This document shows, piece after piece, positions 52,200-64,000 of a DNA stretch of 64,000 nt (positions within the stretch are counted from its first letter, which is position 1; every line of letters starts with the position of its first letter). The notes below the pieces were generated by a model. That model had not been told where the DNA came from. It saw only the letters and a program-made list of their open reading frames with translations, and made no database searches. A program made the translations under genes and the position numbers. Source of the stretch: Haliotis rufescens (taxonomy: Eukaryota); assembly GCF_023055435.1 (NCBI RefSeq), contig NW_025963879.1:868001-932000 (forward strand), read 5' to 3'.

Positions 52200-53120
52200 G
52201 TAAAAGCGTTATAAAATATCGGTGTGAAAGTTTACATATGCCTGACTAAAGGTTTGTTAGAAAATCATATATTTCGTTACTTAATGCTGCGCACAATGGT
52301 AAAACAAACTGGGCCTCTAAAGTTAGACAGCTTTTATTATGTTCAGGTTTGGGCTATCTGTGGAAATAACAGTCTGTTCCAAACGTACCAAATGTTTTGT
52401 CAGAATTAACTGATAGCACAAAATCATATGATTACTCATTGTATAAAGTTAACTTCAATACCGAATACTATATCTTAGTCCTAACATGTTATAAATTAAG
52501 AACCACAATGGCACGGTAAAGATGCAGTTCCCATCGCCTAAGAATTGAATCAGGAAGATTAACTTCAGAAAAGAGAGAGAATAGAATTTGTGTTATTTGT
52601 AAAGAGAACTGTATAGAAGACGAAAATCATTTTATTTTGATGTATGAAACATATTATACCTATCCTACTAGACACAAGTTTCATGTATTTATGTCGTCTA
52701 AGGCGCCGCGATTCGCTATGCAGAGTTGCGTCCCGTGGACACGCCAGAAACCTATAATTGTGGGTTCGAATCCCGGTTCGCCCCGATTATGTTTCTAGGT
52801 TTGTCAGCACCATACCCGTGCTCGTGGGTTTCACTGAAGTGATTTAAGCCTGAGACCTGCATCACCTCGGGCTTTCCTCCCACATTAAGCTGACACGCCG
52901 CGATATAACTGGAATACTGTTAAAAGCGGTGTTAAACACAACTCACTCACTCACTCACTCACTCACTAATTACGGATACACATTCAAAAAGCTATCGATG
53001 TACATATATATATCAATGTGTATCAGAAACAAACTGGCACACTGAGTCTTCGACTACCTATATTACCATTGTATCATGGGCCTATGGCCTACAATACTGA
53101 ATAGATAAAGTTCATTGATT
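52200..53120 (+). mobile_element. Decayed LINE 3' fragment interrupted by a SINE
   Basis: RCSSHRLRIESGR...RENRICVICKENCIEDENHFIL at ~52520-52640, a typical non-LTR C-terminal zinc finger. SINE inserted at 52693-52968. Boundaries approximate. Confidence 0.75.
52693..52968 (+). mobile_element. SINE family B copy
   Basis: GTCGTCTAAGGCGCCGCG...GGTTCGAATCCCGG B-box...(CACT)n tail. Confidence 0.88.
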
Positions 53121-54307
53121 GGTTATCTCTAAAACTTGCCATTGTCAATGGCATACACCTAAATGTTAAACAGTTGTTTTATCCCTGAGAATATATTGCA
53201 GCAAGATTCAGTGCTTCACCTCCTAACCTTTGCTCCCACCTAACAGATACAAGCAAAATATGTAATCATATTAGTCCTTGCTCGGGTCAGATACCTGCCT
53301 TCCCTTAAATACGCCTGTTGTGTATATCATTACATGGATATGTTTCTTTAGCAGTGATTGCTTATGAATATGGAAATGGGCTTGTCACTTTGATATAAGA
53401 CATGCATGTATCCATGTTCAGGTAGTTGTTCAAGCACACAAGAGGTAGTGTGAGACCCTTGAATTATCCTTGGGTCGATTATTTGTATTTGGCACACAAA
53501 CTGTACATGTATGTCTCGACATTATGCTTCGTTTTGGTGTGTGAATGTTCACATATCATAGAACATCATCCAATTGGATGGTAATCTTCAACCTCATCAA
53601 CAGGTGGGTTTCTTTGAAATCGAATCCTTTCTTCTGTCCAATTCTGTCTTGAAGTGTTAATAATATATTTATGGACGTTTCCAAATACCTCTCACTCTAA
53701 TATACGGTCATGCGATTTCACATATGTATTCATCGTTTCAAATGTGTTGATAAACATGATCAGACAAATTAATCATACAATGAAAGAAATGTTTTGATGA
53801 AACTTTGTCAACGCCTCAAACAAGACCTTGCGGTAATCTAGTTGTTAGAACACTCTCCTTCCTCCTAGCAACATGTTAAACTTTGCAATACATGTAAGAA
53901 TATCCCATCAAAACCCCAAAACAATAATAATCTATAATTATAATTTGTTCTCATTTTCAGTGAGGAATCTTACGCCGCTTTCAGCCATCGTCCAGCAAGA
54001 TTAAGGTATTGGATAAAATATTGCCATTCATAAATTGTACCTAGGAGTCAGACTGGATCTTTTGTCCAGCGGTCTAACATTTATTTAAAGCATGTTCTAC
54101 AGAACACCTTTTAATGCAGTCGATGATTCTGGTGACTGTTTCTTTGTTTACCTTCTTTATGCTACTGTTCATTTTGTAACACACTTTTAACGAATTCTAA
54201 GAAATCTTTTGTGGAAACATTTGACTATTAAACCTCATGATATCAACCAAACTTCAAGTAACGACAGAATATTTGAAGACACTCCCTGTTCACCAATCAC
54301 CCAAGCA

Positions 54308-54314
54308 TATAAAT
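54308..54314 (+). promoter_or_regulatory. Possible TATA box of G7
   Basis: TATAAAT ~135 nt upstream of the proposed ATG at 54446. Confidence 0.35.
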
Positions 54315-54445
54315 ACAACTACATCGAGCAAATTTTTATTAAATGTATCCAACAGAGAATGCATATTGACTGACGGCAAACCTTAACTACCCGCAACAAG
54401 GAATTTTAATTGTGGATTATCGCCAGTGTCGCTGCATTTAGAAAC

Positions 54446-57400
54446 ATGATTTGTTGGAAGGTATTTTCAAGGCTTGTGTTGTCTCTCGTAAGTCCTACCT
54501 AAACATGGCTTATGCAAAACTGCATATGTGCATGGGTTTATTGCTATGGAATTTGCCGTCGTTACCCAACGATTGAATAAAGCTTATAAATTACTAAAAA
54601 TCTGTATACACACTACTGTCATATCATTATTCTTTGTAGTTTGCTTCAAACATTCATTAGTTTCAAGATTTAATTGCCTACTTGTTACTTGAGTACATTC
54701 TTCAAAGCTTTCAGCTTGACAGATCTCTGCTGACGCTCTCCTGTTAATTGCTTTAGGTAAGAACCCGGATTTGAGTGGGTATCAATGAGTCAGTAAACAT
54801 GCGATAGTTTTAGTTTGAGGGTTAGTTTCCTGTGGTGAGATTTTAAGCAGGAAAGGACCTTTGTTCTGTGGTTTGAGTCAGATTTTCTAGCAGGAAAAAG
54901 CCTTTGTTATGAAGGTTCTGTCATATACAATTCAGAAGAGATAAATATGATCTGATAGTGTAAACTACGGGAACAAAATGACAATGATTTGGAATATAAG
55001 AAGAGGTCTGATTTTCCGTGTAACTGTTTTTAGCTTCTTGTGCTGGTGTGGAGGTAAGCCTAAATGTGTTTTGTATTTATAATGAACACAACATGCTTTC
55101 ATTTTGAGAGAAAAAATCTTTATGTTGAGAATGTTGTAAACATGTTGCTGGGTAGAAATATTTAACCAACATGATGTCATTATGTTCTCCCGACAATTGA
55201 GTCTCATTGTTCACTTTTAATTTGACGTTCAAGTAGCCAACATGTACATGCAGATGTCAATGCATTATTTCGTCCTGTCGAGCCCCACGTTAGATCGTGT
55301 GAAGCATAGACCTGAGGACACCAGCAGTAATATTGCCGTGTTATAGCGGGTTTAAACATTATTAATTATTATTTCATCATATGATATTTAATCATTTATA
55401 TTTCAGCTGCGCAAAGAAGAGCACGTTTCTGTGAGTCTTTATTGAATTGTTTCGACTCTTCTCTTCTCTGCCCGGTGCTGTTTGGATACTACAACTGTAC
55501 TGATTTTAACATTGCGCGAAATACAGGTAACGTATTTATGCATTGAAGCTACACTATTGACATCCGTTAGTTTCCCTTAGTATATGGTGGCTGACGAATT
55601 ATAAGAGAGTGTTTTTAAATTGTCAATAGTAAGGATACCCGCATTAATTCCATGGCCCATTTGAGGCTAGGGGTCAGAATTTCCATTCATTTAGTGACTT
55701 ATTTATATCATGATTTACCCCCCAAAAGCATTTTCTTGTATTAATATCTTAATTCCAAACACGATATCATGTCACACATCTAATGTGCTTACGTTTATTA
55801 AATAGTTGACATGAAATTATGTTTTGCAAATTCAGTTCATATAATTATCATTAAACGGTTTACTCAAACCTGTGTTCTCAGTTTGATAATATGTCTAGGA
55901 AATTAAATTTAATCGTATTCACATTTACCTTACTGAAGTTTTACAGTATGCTATTTTTTTATAAATACTTATTATTATGATTACCTTTAACAAAGGTATA
56001 ACTTTACATACATATCTGTTAAAAAAGTATAAGTTGGACATGTAAAATGGGAACTTCACTTTAAAATAGTAGCATTGTACTGAAACAATATATCAGTTTT
56101 GAATTATTGTAGTATTCGTCAGCAAATATATTTAAATTGTTTTAAGTCATTTGACTGGTTTTACTTAGAGCCGGCGTGTGGGGAGAGCCGCGTGACGGGA
56201 AGGGCGTCTCTGTACGCTATGCCGCGCGTCGTCAACGGTGTAGACGCGGAGGAGAGAGAGTTCCCATGGACTGTTAACGTGGAAGATGAGGAATCTTTGA
56301 TCGGCATGTGTGGTGGCTCCATCATCAGAAAAGATGTCATCCTCACGGCTGCCCATTGTGTCAGGTATCTGACACTTGTATTTCTGACCAGTGCACATAT
56401 ATATATGTTCTTTTATTAGTTATTAAACTTGAAAGTATTGACTGTAGTGAGTGAGGTTGATTTAAGTAAATTAAAAGTGTATATTTTATTTTAAAGATAA
56501 TGATATCATTAAGTCAACAGAAAACATGCTTTATAAATATTATCCAAATAATGAATCAAGTACATGTGAACATGACATTTATGAATGAGTGAGTTGGGTT
56601 TAACGTCGCTTTGAACAGTATTCCAGTTATCACGGCGGGTCAGCTTAATGTGGAAAGACAGTCCGAAGTGATGCAGGTCTTTGACGTTAACCATTTTGGT
56701 GAAAACTACCACCATGGGTATCGTGCTGACAGACCTAGAAACATAATCGGGGCGAACCGGGATTCAATCGTAGGTTTCTGTTGTGTCCAAGGGACGTAAC
56801 TCTGAACAGCGAATTGCGGCGCCTTAGACGACTGTGCTACCAGTGTCCCGCATTAACTGCAAGATATGTGTTATCAATATATGACAACTAGTTGACATTT
56901 AGCGTTAGATCCACATGTAGTTTCCATAAATATATATGCAATTAAATGGGTTTGAAAAAGTATATACGCTACTGCTCACCTCTGGATTTCCTACATAACT
57001 GAGGGTGAGAAACACAATTCAGAATACTGGTATAAATGATATTCGTGGGCTCGAATTCCAGATCCATGATTGGCTACTCCATGGTCATGGCGGACTTCTG
57101 TCCTGGTTATAATTCATTGATACGTGTCCCATGTATCATGCCTCTGGCACACCATTTATCTTCGAACTTCTGTGAACATTGAGGCCCATACGGCATGTTA
57201 TCACTAATTGATTGTGATTTACGTAAGTTCATAATATTGTCGGAATTGTACATGCTTTTTGCAGAGATGGCTTATGATTATCCAAAGGGTTTTGTCGCTT
57301 TTATCCATGTAAGTGACTGCAACATGCATAATATCGATACCATACATATTAATTCGTATATATTAGTTCATTTGTATAGTGTACATGTAATGTTAATATA

Positions 57401-59638
57401 TATAACCAAAGCTTATACAAAGGTATCTATTATTAGTATAAAGATAACTTTCTGCCACCACAGATCCCTTGTGAGACGCCCCAAATCCTTGAGAATTGGA
57501 TATGGATCTACAAGACTATCCCGACTCGTCTATGTTCGTGCGAGTCGGATCAGCGTCCATCCTGATTATAATCAGACAAACGGTATGCTATATCATAATG
57601 ATAACTTCTTGAATCCTTAAAAAATAATGCATTGGTTACATTTGTATATTTCTTCTGAAAATTAGCTTAGGGCCAAACAACACACATCTGAGTGTGAATC
57701 TTGAAAATAAACAGCTATATCAAGTAGATATTCCAGTTTTTGTCAATAAAGTCTTTGACAATATGAGCAACGATCCATATCTCGGCGACGATGACACACA
57801 ATCAGATGTAACAGATTAGTCAACTCTACTAACATTAACAAGTATGGGGCACTGTCTTTATGTGTATGTTCACGTGACAGTTAGCAGGATGCCAGCTTCA
57901 TCACGGTCCGGACATGTGGTTCACAACAAGAGCAAAGTTGACACGTGGTTCTGAGTACAGCTCACAGTTTACAAATCAGGTGAAGTTTAGCGATGTTTGT
58001 CGCCGAGGGTAGTTGGATGGGAGCTTGAGTTTTTGAGTTCTTGGGCTTCGGTCCTGCCCAACACTGAAACACATGTAGCGCATGTGGTGGCGACTCAGTG
58101 ACTTTGTTCGAAATATGCCTCTGTTCACCCAGCCGTGAATGGGTACCCGATAGGATGAGAAGGTAACGTGACTGTTAATATTCTAGCACCTCACGGGGAT
58201 TGCAACTCCCCAGGGAGCTGGACCATTGACGATTTCATTTGAGCATGCTTTAGGGTGTGAATTTGACGCATTATGAATATGCACATTATTGTTAAAGGTC
58301 CACACTTCGGGGGATGATAACACACCATCAACCTGATCACATATTGTAATTATCCGACTATCATTAATCGACTCTTCCGACAAGCGCGGGAACCTATTCT
58401 GCCCTTGAAGCTCAGCTTGGTCGTACAGGTAAATACAAAGTAGAGTGGTCATGAAAATGATATAATTTGTTTCTGTTCGTGAAGCGAATTGCTTGGTCCC
58501 ATTATCTTAACCTAGATGATTGGGTCTTTTTCTGCTCCTACTCCGTGGATTGCTGCTAATCTTGTCTACGACTGCTTATATTAGCCCGGTAAGATTACAT
58601 ACCCAGCACTCTATTATTTAACGTAATTGGATCAGGTGGTCAGACCCGGTGACTTGGATGCTGTAGTGTCATCCCACCGAAGGCGTTGGTGGTTGCTCAT
58701 AACATGAATAACCAGTTTGTCCTTCACCAGACTGGATCATGTGCAGGCCGCCGTGTGATATCTCGATTACTGCTGACTGCGTAAAATAACATTCACTCAT
58801 GTCATTGCTGTTCCTTCGATTCTCCAGGTGACAATGACATTGCTGTTGTGGTTCTTAATGAAGCCCTGCCGCTGAATACCAATCTCAGAAGTATATGTCT
58901 ACCTGAAGCCGGCGCATCCTATGATAGCAACAGCAGATGTATTATCGCTGGATGGGGAATTCTAAATGGTAAACATTTCGTCAAAAGAACATGGTAAACG
59001 CTAAGCCTATTAAGAGTGTCAGCGGTGGGAATCATGTCATAACCAGTATTGTTTTAATATTTAGTTTTGTAGCTGCTGTTGTTCCTTTAAATTCGCATTT
59101 CAGTGATAATTGTATTCTCTTCCACTGAAACAGTCAATATTTCACTAACTGCTGTTATATCGCAATATGTTGTATGCGCTGAACTTGGTCCGCTGGTCTA
59201 CATTCCTACGAAATAAACAACATTATAACATTTTATTGCAATAAATAACACTCAGCGTTTGATATGGATGCTGATATACTCCAAAGGATAACTTATTATG
59301 GAATGTGTATGTTTATTTTTTGTTATTAAGCTGAAACTGATCCACTGCAACTGAACACTACGACATATGCAATTAACCACTTGGACATTCGTATGTTCAT
59401 GTCAAATGTTGACCAGTCTACAACATATTTGCAATCCTGTGTCATCAAATGAGTCATCTCTTCCTCATTCTTTAAAGAAAACGGTAATAGGTTCCCGGGT
59501 AGTCTTCAAAAGGCAGCTGTACCCTTGGTGCCCCGCAACTCATGTCAACGAGCCTACTCCAACAACCCCTACATCCTTGTCTCGGAGAGACAGGTGTGTG
59601 CCGGATATTATGGCACTGGGGGAGTTGATGCCTGCACG
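54446..59638 (+). CDS. G7: secreted trypsin-type serine protease, divergent from G6; final GDSGG exon not found in window
   Basis: Exons: 54446-54487 and 54723-54756 (probable split signal peptide, less certain), 55407-55526 (FCESLLNCFDSSLLCPVLFGYYNC), 56169-56364 (PR|VVNG, TAAHC), 57464-57582, 58828-58968 (NDIAV, CIIAGWG), 59478-59638 (GVDACT then GT donor, Asp189). Phases match the paralogues. Confidence 0.85.
56583..56850 (-). mobile_element. SINE family B copy in a G7 intron
   Basis: Reverse-complement copy, similar to 47735-47995. Confidence 0.8.
57985..58290 (+). mobile_element. SINE-like family D; related copy at ~9270-9520
   Basis: Shared ATGCCTC..TT.AC..AGC.GTGAATGGGTACCCG core in both copies. 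Boundaries approximate. Confidence 0.6.
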
Positions 59639-60072
59639 GTGCGTGGAAAAGGACTTTTTTTATAAAGATAAATTAATGTTTTTTGTGTAATACTTCATTG
59701 GATAGCATGTTTTAAGGGCTTTCATTAGATATCCATCATGTGGGCGTTCGAATGATTATCTGGGCGCATTTTTGTACAGACCTTTGAGCTTTGGTCAATT
59801 CCATCTAATAATGAAAGCTGTGATCGCCTGCTCTATGGGGTGATTTGACGAGCACTTACACATAGACAGCACATACACAACCAAGAAATCAAACGTGTAT
59901 GCCGAACACGTCCCATTTTAATTCTGGAAACCCAAAAGTCCAGAAACTCTACGCTCTTTGCCCAGTCTCGGTTAAAGGTATTTACAAAATTAAACATGCC
60001 GTTTTCATGGGAACATACCAAGGAAGAAAAAATGAAAAAAAAATTGTTTAAAAACTCAATATTTAGACTATG

Positions 60073-61380
60073 TCGCCCATGGGCCTGCCCATGGGCGAAG
60101 TTTGGCCCATGGGCCTGCCCATGGGCGAAGTCTGGCCCATGGGTAGGCCCATGGGCAGGCCCATGGGCGAGAATATGTTCCTTTACTTAAAACTCATGTT
60201 TTTGTTTCGCAAATACATTTAATGTATTCATTCAAGTATCATGACACAATATTTAACTCAGTTTAACTTAATTCAACGATTTTATAGCGATATTGAAATA
60301 TTTGGCCCATGGGCGAGAAAAAGGTTTGGCCCATGGGCGAGAATATGTTCCTTTACTTAAAACTCATGATTTTGTTTCGCAAATACATTAAATGTATTTA
60401 TTGAAGTATCATGACACAAAATTTAACTCATTTTAACTTAATTCAACGATTTTATAGCGATATTGAAATATTTCGCCCATGGGCGAGAATATGTTCCTGT
60501 ACTTAAAACTCATGATTTTGTTTCGCAAATACATTAAATGTATTTATTGAAGTATCATGACACAAAATTTAACTCATTTTAACTTAATTCAACGATTTTA
60601 TAGCGATATTGAAATATTTCGCCCATGGGCGAGAAAAAGGTTTGGCCCATGGGTAGGCCCATGGGCAGGCCCATGGGCGAGAATATGTTCCTTTACTTAA
60701 AACTCATGTTTTTGTTTCGCAAATACATTTAATGTATTCATTTAAGTATCATGACACAAAATTTAACTCTTTTTAACTTAATTCAACGATTTTATAGCGA
60801 TATTGAAATATTTCGCCCATGGGCGAGAAAAAGGTTTGGCCCATGGGCGAGTATATGTTCCTGTACTTAAAACTCATGATTTTGTTTCGCAAATACATTA
60901 AATGTATTTATTGAAGTATCATGACACAAAATTTAACTCATTTTAACTTAATTCAACGATTTATAGCGATATTGAAATATTTCGCCCATGGGCGAGAAAA
61001 AGGTTTGGCCCATGGGTAGGCCCATGGGTAGGCCCATGGGCAGGCCCATGGGCGAGAATATGTTCCTGTACTTAAAACTCATGTTTTTGTTTCGCGAATT
61101 CATTAAATGTATTTATTTAAGTATCATGACACAAAATTTAACTCATTTTATGTTAATTCAACGATTTTATAACGATATTGAAATATTTCGCCCATGGGCG
61201 AGAAAAGGGTTTGGCCCATGGGCGAGAATATTTTCCTTTACTTAAAACTTATGTTTTTGTTTCGTAAATACATGCAGGAGTTCTAACTATTTTCATGGCA
61301 CATAATGTAACACAATTTTACTCAATTCAGCTATTTTACAGATTTATTGAAATATTTCGCCCATGGGCGAGAAAAGGTTT
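60073..61380. repeat. Complex tandem repeat: ~145-bp AT-rich cores separated by palindromic GCCCATGGGC clusters
   Basis: About 7 near-identical cores (GAGAATATGTTCC...TTGAAATATTTC) joined by a variable number of GCCCATGGG(C/T) motifs. Confidence 0.92.
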
Positions 61381-63139
61381 TGCCTTCGAAATTCTTGATT
61401 ATTATATCATGCCAGAGCTCTGAAATTCAGTGACAATGCTGTTGAACAGTAGAATCTGATTGACGTATTTTGCAGAACCTGTTTGACACTATGGGTTCCA
61501 GGACCACTAACACTCTGAGCTGAAAAAGTTTGGTCCTAACCGCACCCAACATCTTTAATGAACCCGGCCTTATCTCTCAAAACGTTTTGGCAGTTTATCA
61601 TACGAATTCATGTGCGTGTACAACATTAAATTTTAGTTAGTTTCTATTTCATTTCCCATTTTATGACCCGTTGATACATCACACTGGGCAATTACGTGAC
61701 AGGTACGCGTGCGCGTATTTTAATGGAAAGAAACTATTCGTCTTTTATTGCATAACGCTTGGCTGAATATCTTACATTCTAACGAAATCTCGAAATAATT
61801 ATTTAATTACAAGCAGTGTCGAACTGACCAGTAGGAATTATGTTTCAATGCGATTGAGGAAAACGTGAGTGAATATTGTGACACTAAAGCAACTTTTAAC
61901 TGCATTGTCACTTTTGGTATGAAAATGGTAATAGTTAAGAAAAACGTAACAGCCTTCTTATGATAATTCTCATATTCTCATTAGTACGTTGTGTCTAATT
62001 ACAGTGTCGGCCTTATTTACAGGTGATTCTACAATACTTGTTGTCGGTCAATTACAATCTGCCACACCACGCGTGAATAAACAGTTATGCAGGTGTTGCT
62101 GTGGGCAAATACCTAGCCTGTACATGTATATTTTTGTGGATACATGTATTACATATTTTCGTTGATATGTGGATATATTAAACACCAAGACACAAAAAGT
62201 TTATGAAAGATGAATTTGTGCCTTAATATATATATTCAACGCGAACGAAGCTTGTATTTTCTCCGCGATCCTGATGTGTATCATCGTTTAATTGGTCATT
62301 CATTAAAAGTATGTTGTGAGGCGATATCAAAGGAGCCGCTCAATATACGCAGTGTCGTCCGTTTCGCGTGAACTACCACCCTACCCTGTCAGTAAGAGTT
62401 ATGTAATCGGTACACAAATATATTTGGTGCGATGTCAGTGTGGAAGGAGTTTGAATTACGTCCGCCAGTGGCCACAGAAAGTATAGTACCAATCAACAAG
62501 GCCAATGCCGTACTAATAACCTAGTGACTCGCGTAACAACGGCTGTCAATATGTCTGCTACATCTACCATACCATCATCCCTGTCACAACTGGCGTATTA
62601 ACGGCTTATTCAAAATATTAATTGTAGAAATGTCGTTACCAGACTAACGTACGTCGTATTCAGTCCTCAACTGGATGTTACATTCCTTATATCAGTTAAC
62701 AGCCCTGTTTGTGAAAATATTTACTAGACATAAGATTTAAAGACTAATAAAATCAATTGTAAGACCGCATAGACCATAAAACCGAATAAAATATGTCTTG
62801 GTATCATCTCTTGTGTATTAGATGATGGCAATGACCGGAAATATTATAACGTTAGATTAAGAAGGAGAAACATTAAAGTGTTTTACAATACTTGGAAACA
62901 TGAGCAATAAGATGTAGCAACATAAACATGCATGGAATAGGGAAAAAGGATGAAAACAAATTGAAAAGGATTTTAATATAAAATTATCGAACTAAATAAC
63001 TTGCCTGAACAGAAAGGGTACCCAAACTTGTTTGACAGTTATTCGTGTGTTGTAGACTGTCGAATGGGACACATGTGTGTACGTAGGGTAGGCATATCTA
63101 TTGCAAGTTTTAGTACTCATACACTTTCTCTTTTTGTGT

Positions 63140-63394
63140 TTTGTTTGTTTGTTAGTTGTATAACGCCACACTTAGCAATATTTCAGCTGTATGACGGCGG
63201 TCTGTAAATAATCGAGTCTGGACCAGACAATCCAGTGATTGACATCATGTGCATCGATCCACGCAATTGGGATACGATGACATGCATCAACCAAGTCAGC
63301 GAGCCTGACCACCCGATCCCGGTAGTCGCTTCTTACGACAAGCGCTGTCGCCCTTTTACGCCAAGAATGGTTTGTTGAAGATCTTCACGGGTCT
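63140..63394 (-). mobile_element. SINE-like family A copy
   Basis: Reverse-complement copy ending AAGATCTTCACGGGTC. Confidence 0.85.
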
Positions 63395-64000
63395 ATTGAA
63401 TGCAGGGATTTGTGTAAAGTCATTCAGACAGCATACAATGCCAACTAAAAAATTATACTCAGTGTCTCCGCAAAGTAATATAGTACGGTACTTAGAGTAC
63501 ATGTGAGATTATACTCAGATTAGGGAGATGTTTTATCCGTATAACGTGTTATTATTCTACCTAACAATGTATTTAATGAAATGAATGCAAAACAAACTCA
63601 ACGGCTAAAAGGTTTCATTGAAAAAACTACCCGTAGTCTTGACTAATAAAACAACTGCAACCCGACACAGATTAAACGCACTTACAAACACAATTATAAT
63701 CTTGTTAGTCTGTATCACTCAACGAGGCCGCTTACTTTGCCCACAGTATGAAAGTATTGGGCAGTTCAGTAATTAGGAGCCAAAACCAGGCAGGTACGCT
63801 GGTCACACTTGACTGGTCTGACTGATGATTAGGTCGTCTGACAATTGTGAGTGAACCATAGCAAGAAGTATCTGCGAAACTATTTGCTCCTTTTATGGGA
63901 CCGATTAGTTTTATGACCATGGGCCTCGGCACAAGCGTGGTGTTGGAAGACAAGTTATACATGTACATCCGATATGGTGACTGTTTTTCGCTATTCATAT

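Noticed and set aside
60073-61380. CRISPR-like palindromic repeat/spacer array
   Set aside because: The spacers are near-identical to each other, the context is eukaryotic, and no cas genes are present.
62015-62060. TTTACAGGTGATTCT as the missing G7 GDS exon
   Set aside because: Wrong phase after the AG, and it continues STIL rather than SGGP, with no downstream protease motifs.
63732-63998. 88-aa minus-strand ORF ending at a GTAAG donor-like site
   Set aside because: No recognisable motif and truncated by the window edge; cannot be supported as coding.

Overview
AT-rich, intron-containing animal DNA. The SINE repertoire suggests a mollusc, possibly a gastropod such as abalone (inference only). 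The window holds a tandem cluster of seven secreted S1A (trypsin-fold) genes, reconstructed exon by exon from GT/AG sites and reading phase. G1-G6 are on the minus strand (G1 runs off the left edge); G7 is on the plus strand, divergent from G6, and its last exon is not seen. G1-G3 are serine-protease homologues with catalytic substitutions (G1 His->Gly, rest outside the window; G2/G3 His->Ser and Ser->Asn). Each carries two tandem beta-defensin/big-defensin-like 6-Cys modules and a linker (Thr/Pro-rich in G1 and G3). G4-G7 carry a different ~27-aa Cys module that I do not recognise. It has 6, 6, 2 and 4 Cys in the four paralogues, and the pairwise losses predict C1-C5, C2-C6, C3-C4 disulfides. 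G4 is a canonical trypsin-type enzyme. G5 has a Tyr activation site and Thr at Gly193. G6 keeps the triad but has lost both the IVGG segment and Asp194. The layout resembles an arthropod CLIP protease/SPH cascade built from different modules. Introns and spacers contain a mariner fossil, MITEs, two LINE 3' fragments, four SINE-like families, satellites, microsatellites and five N gaps.
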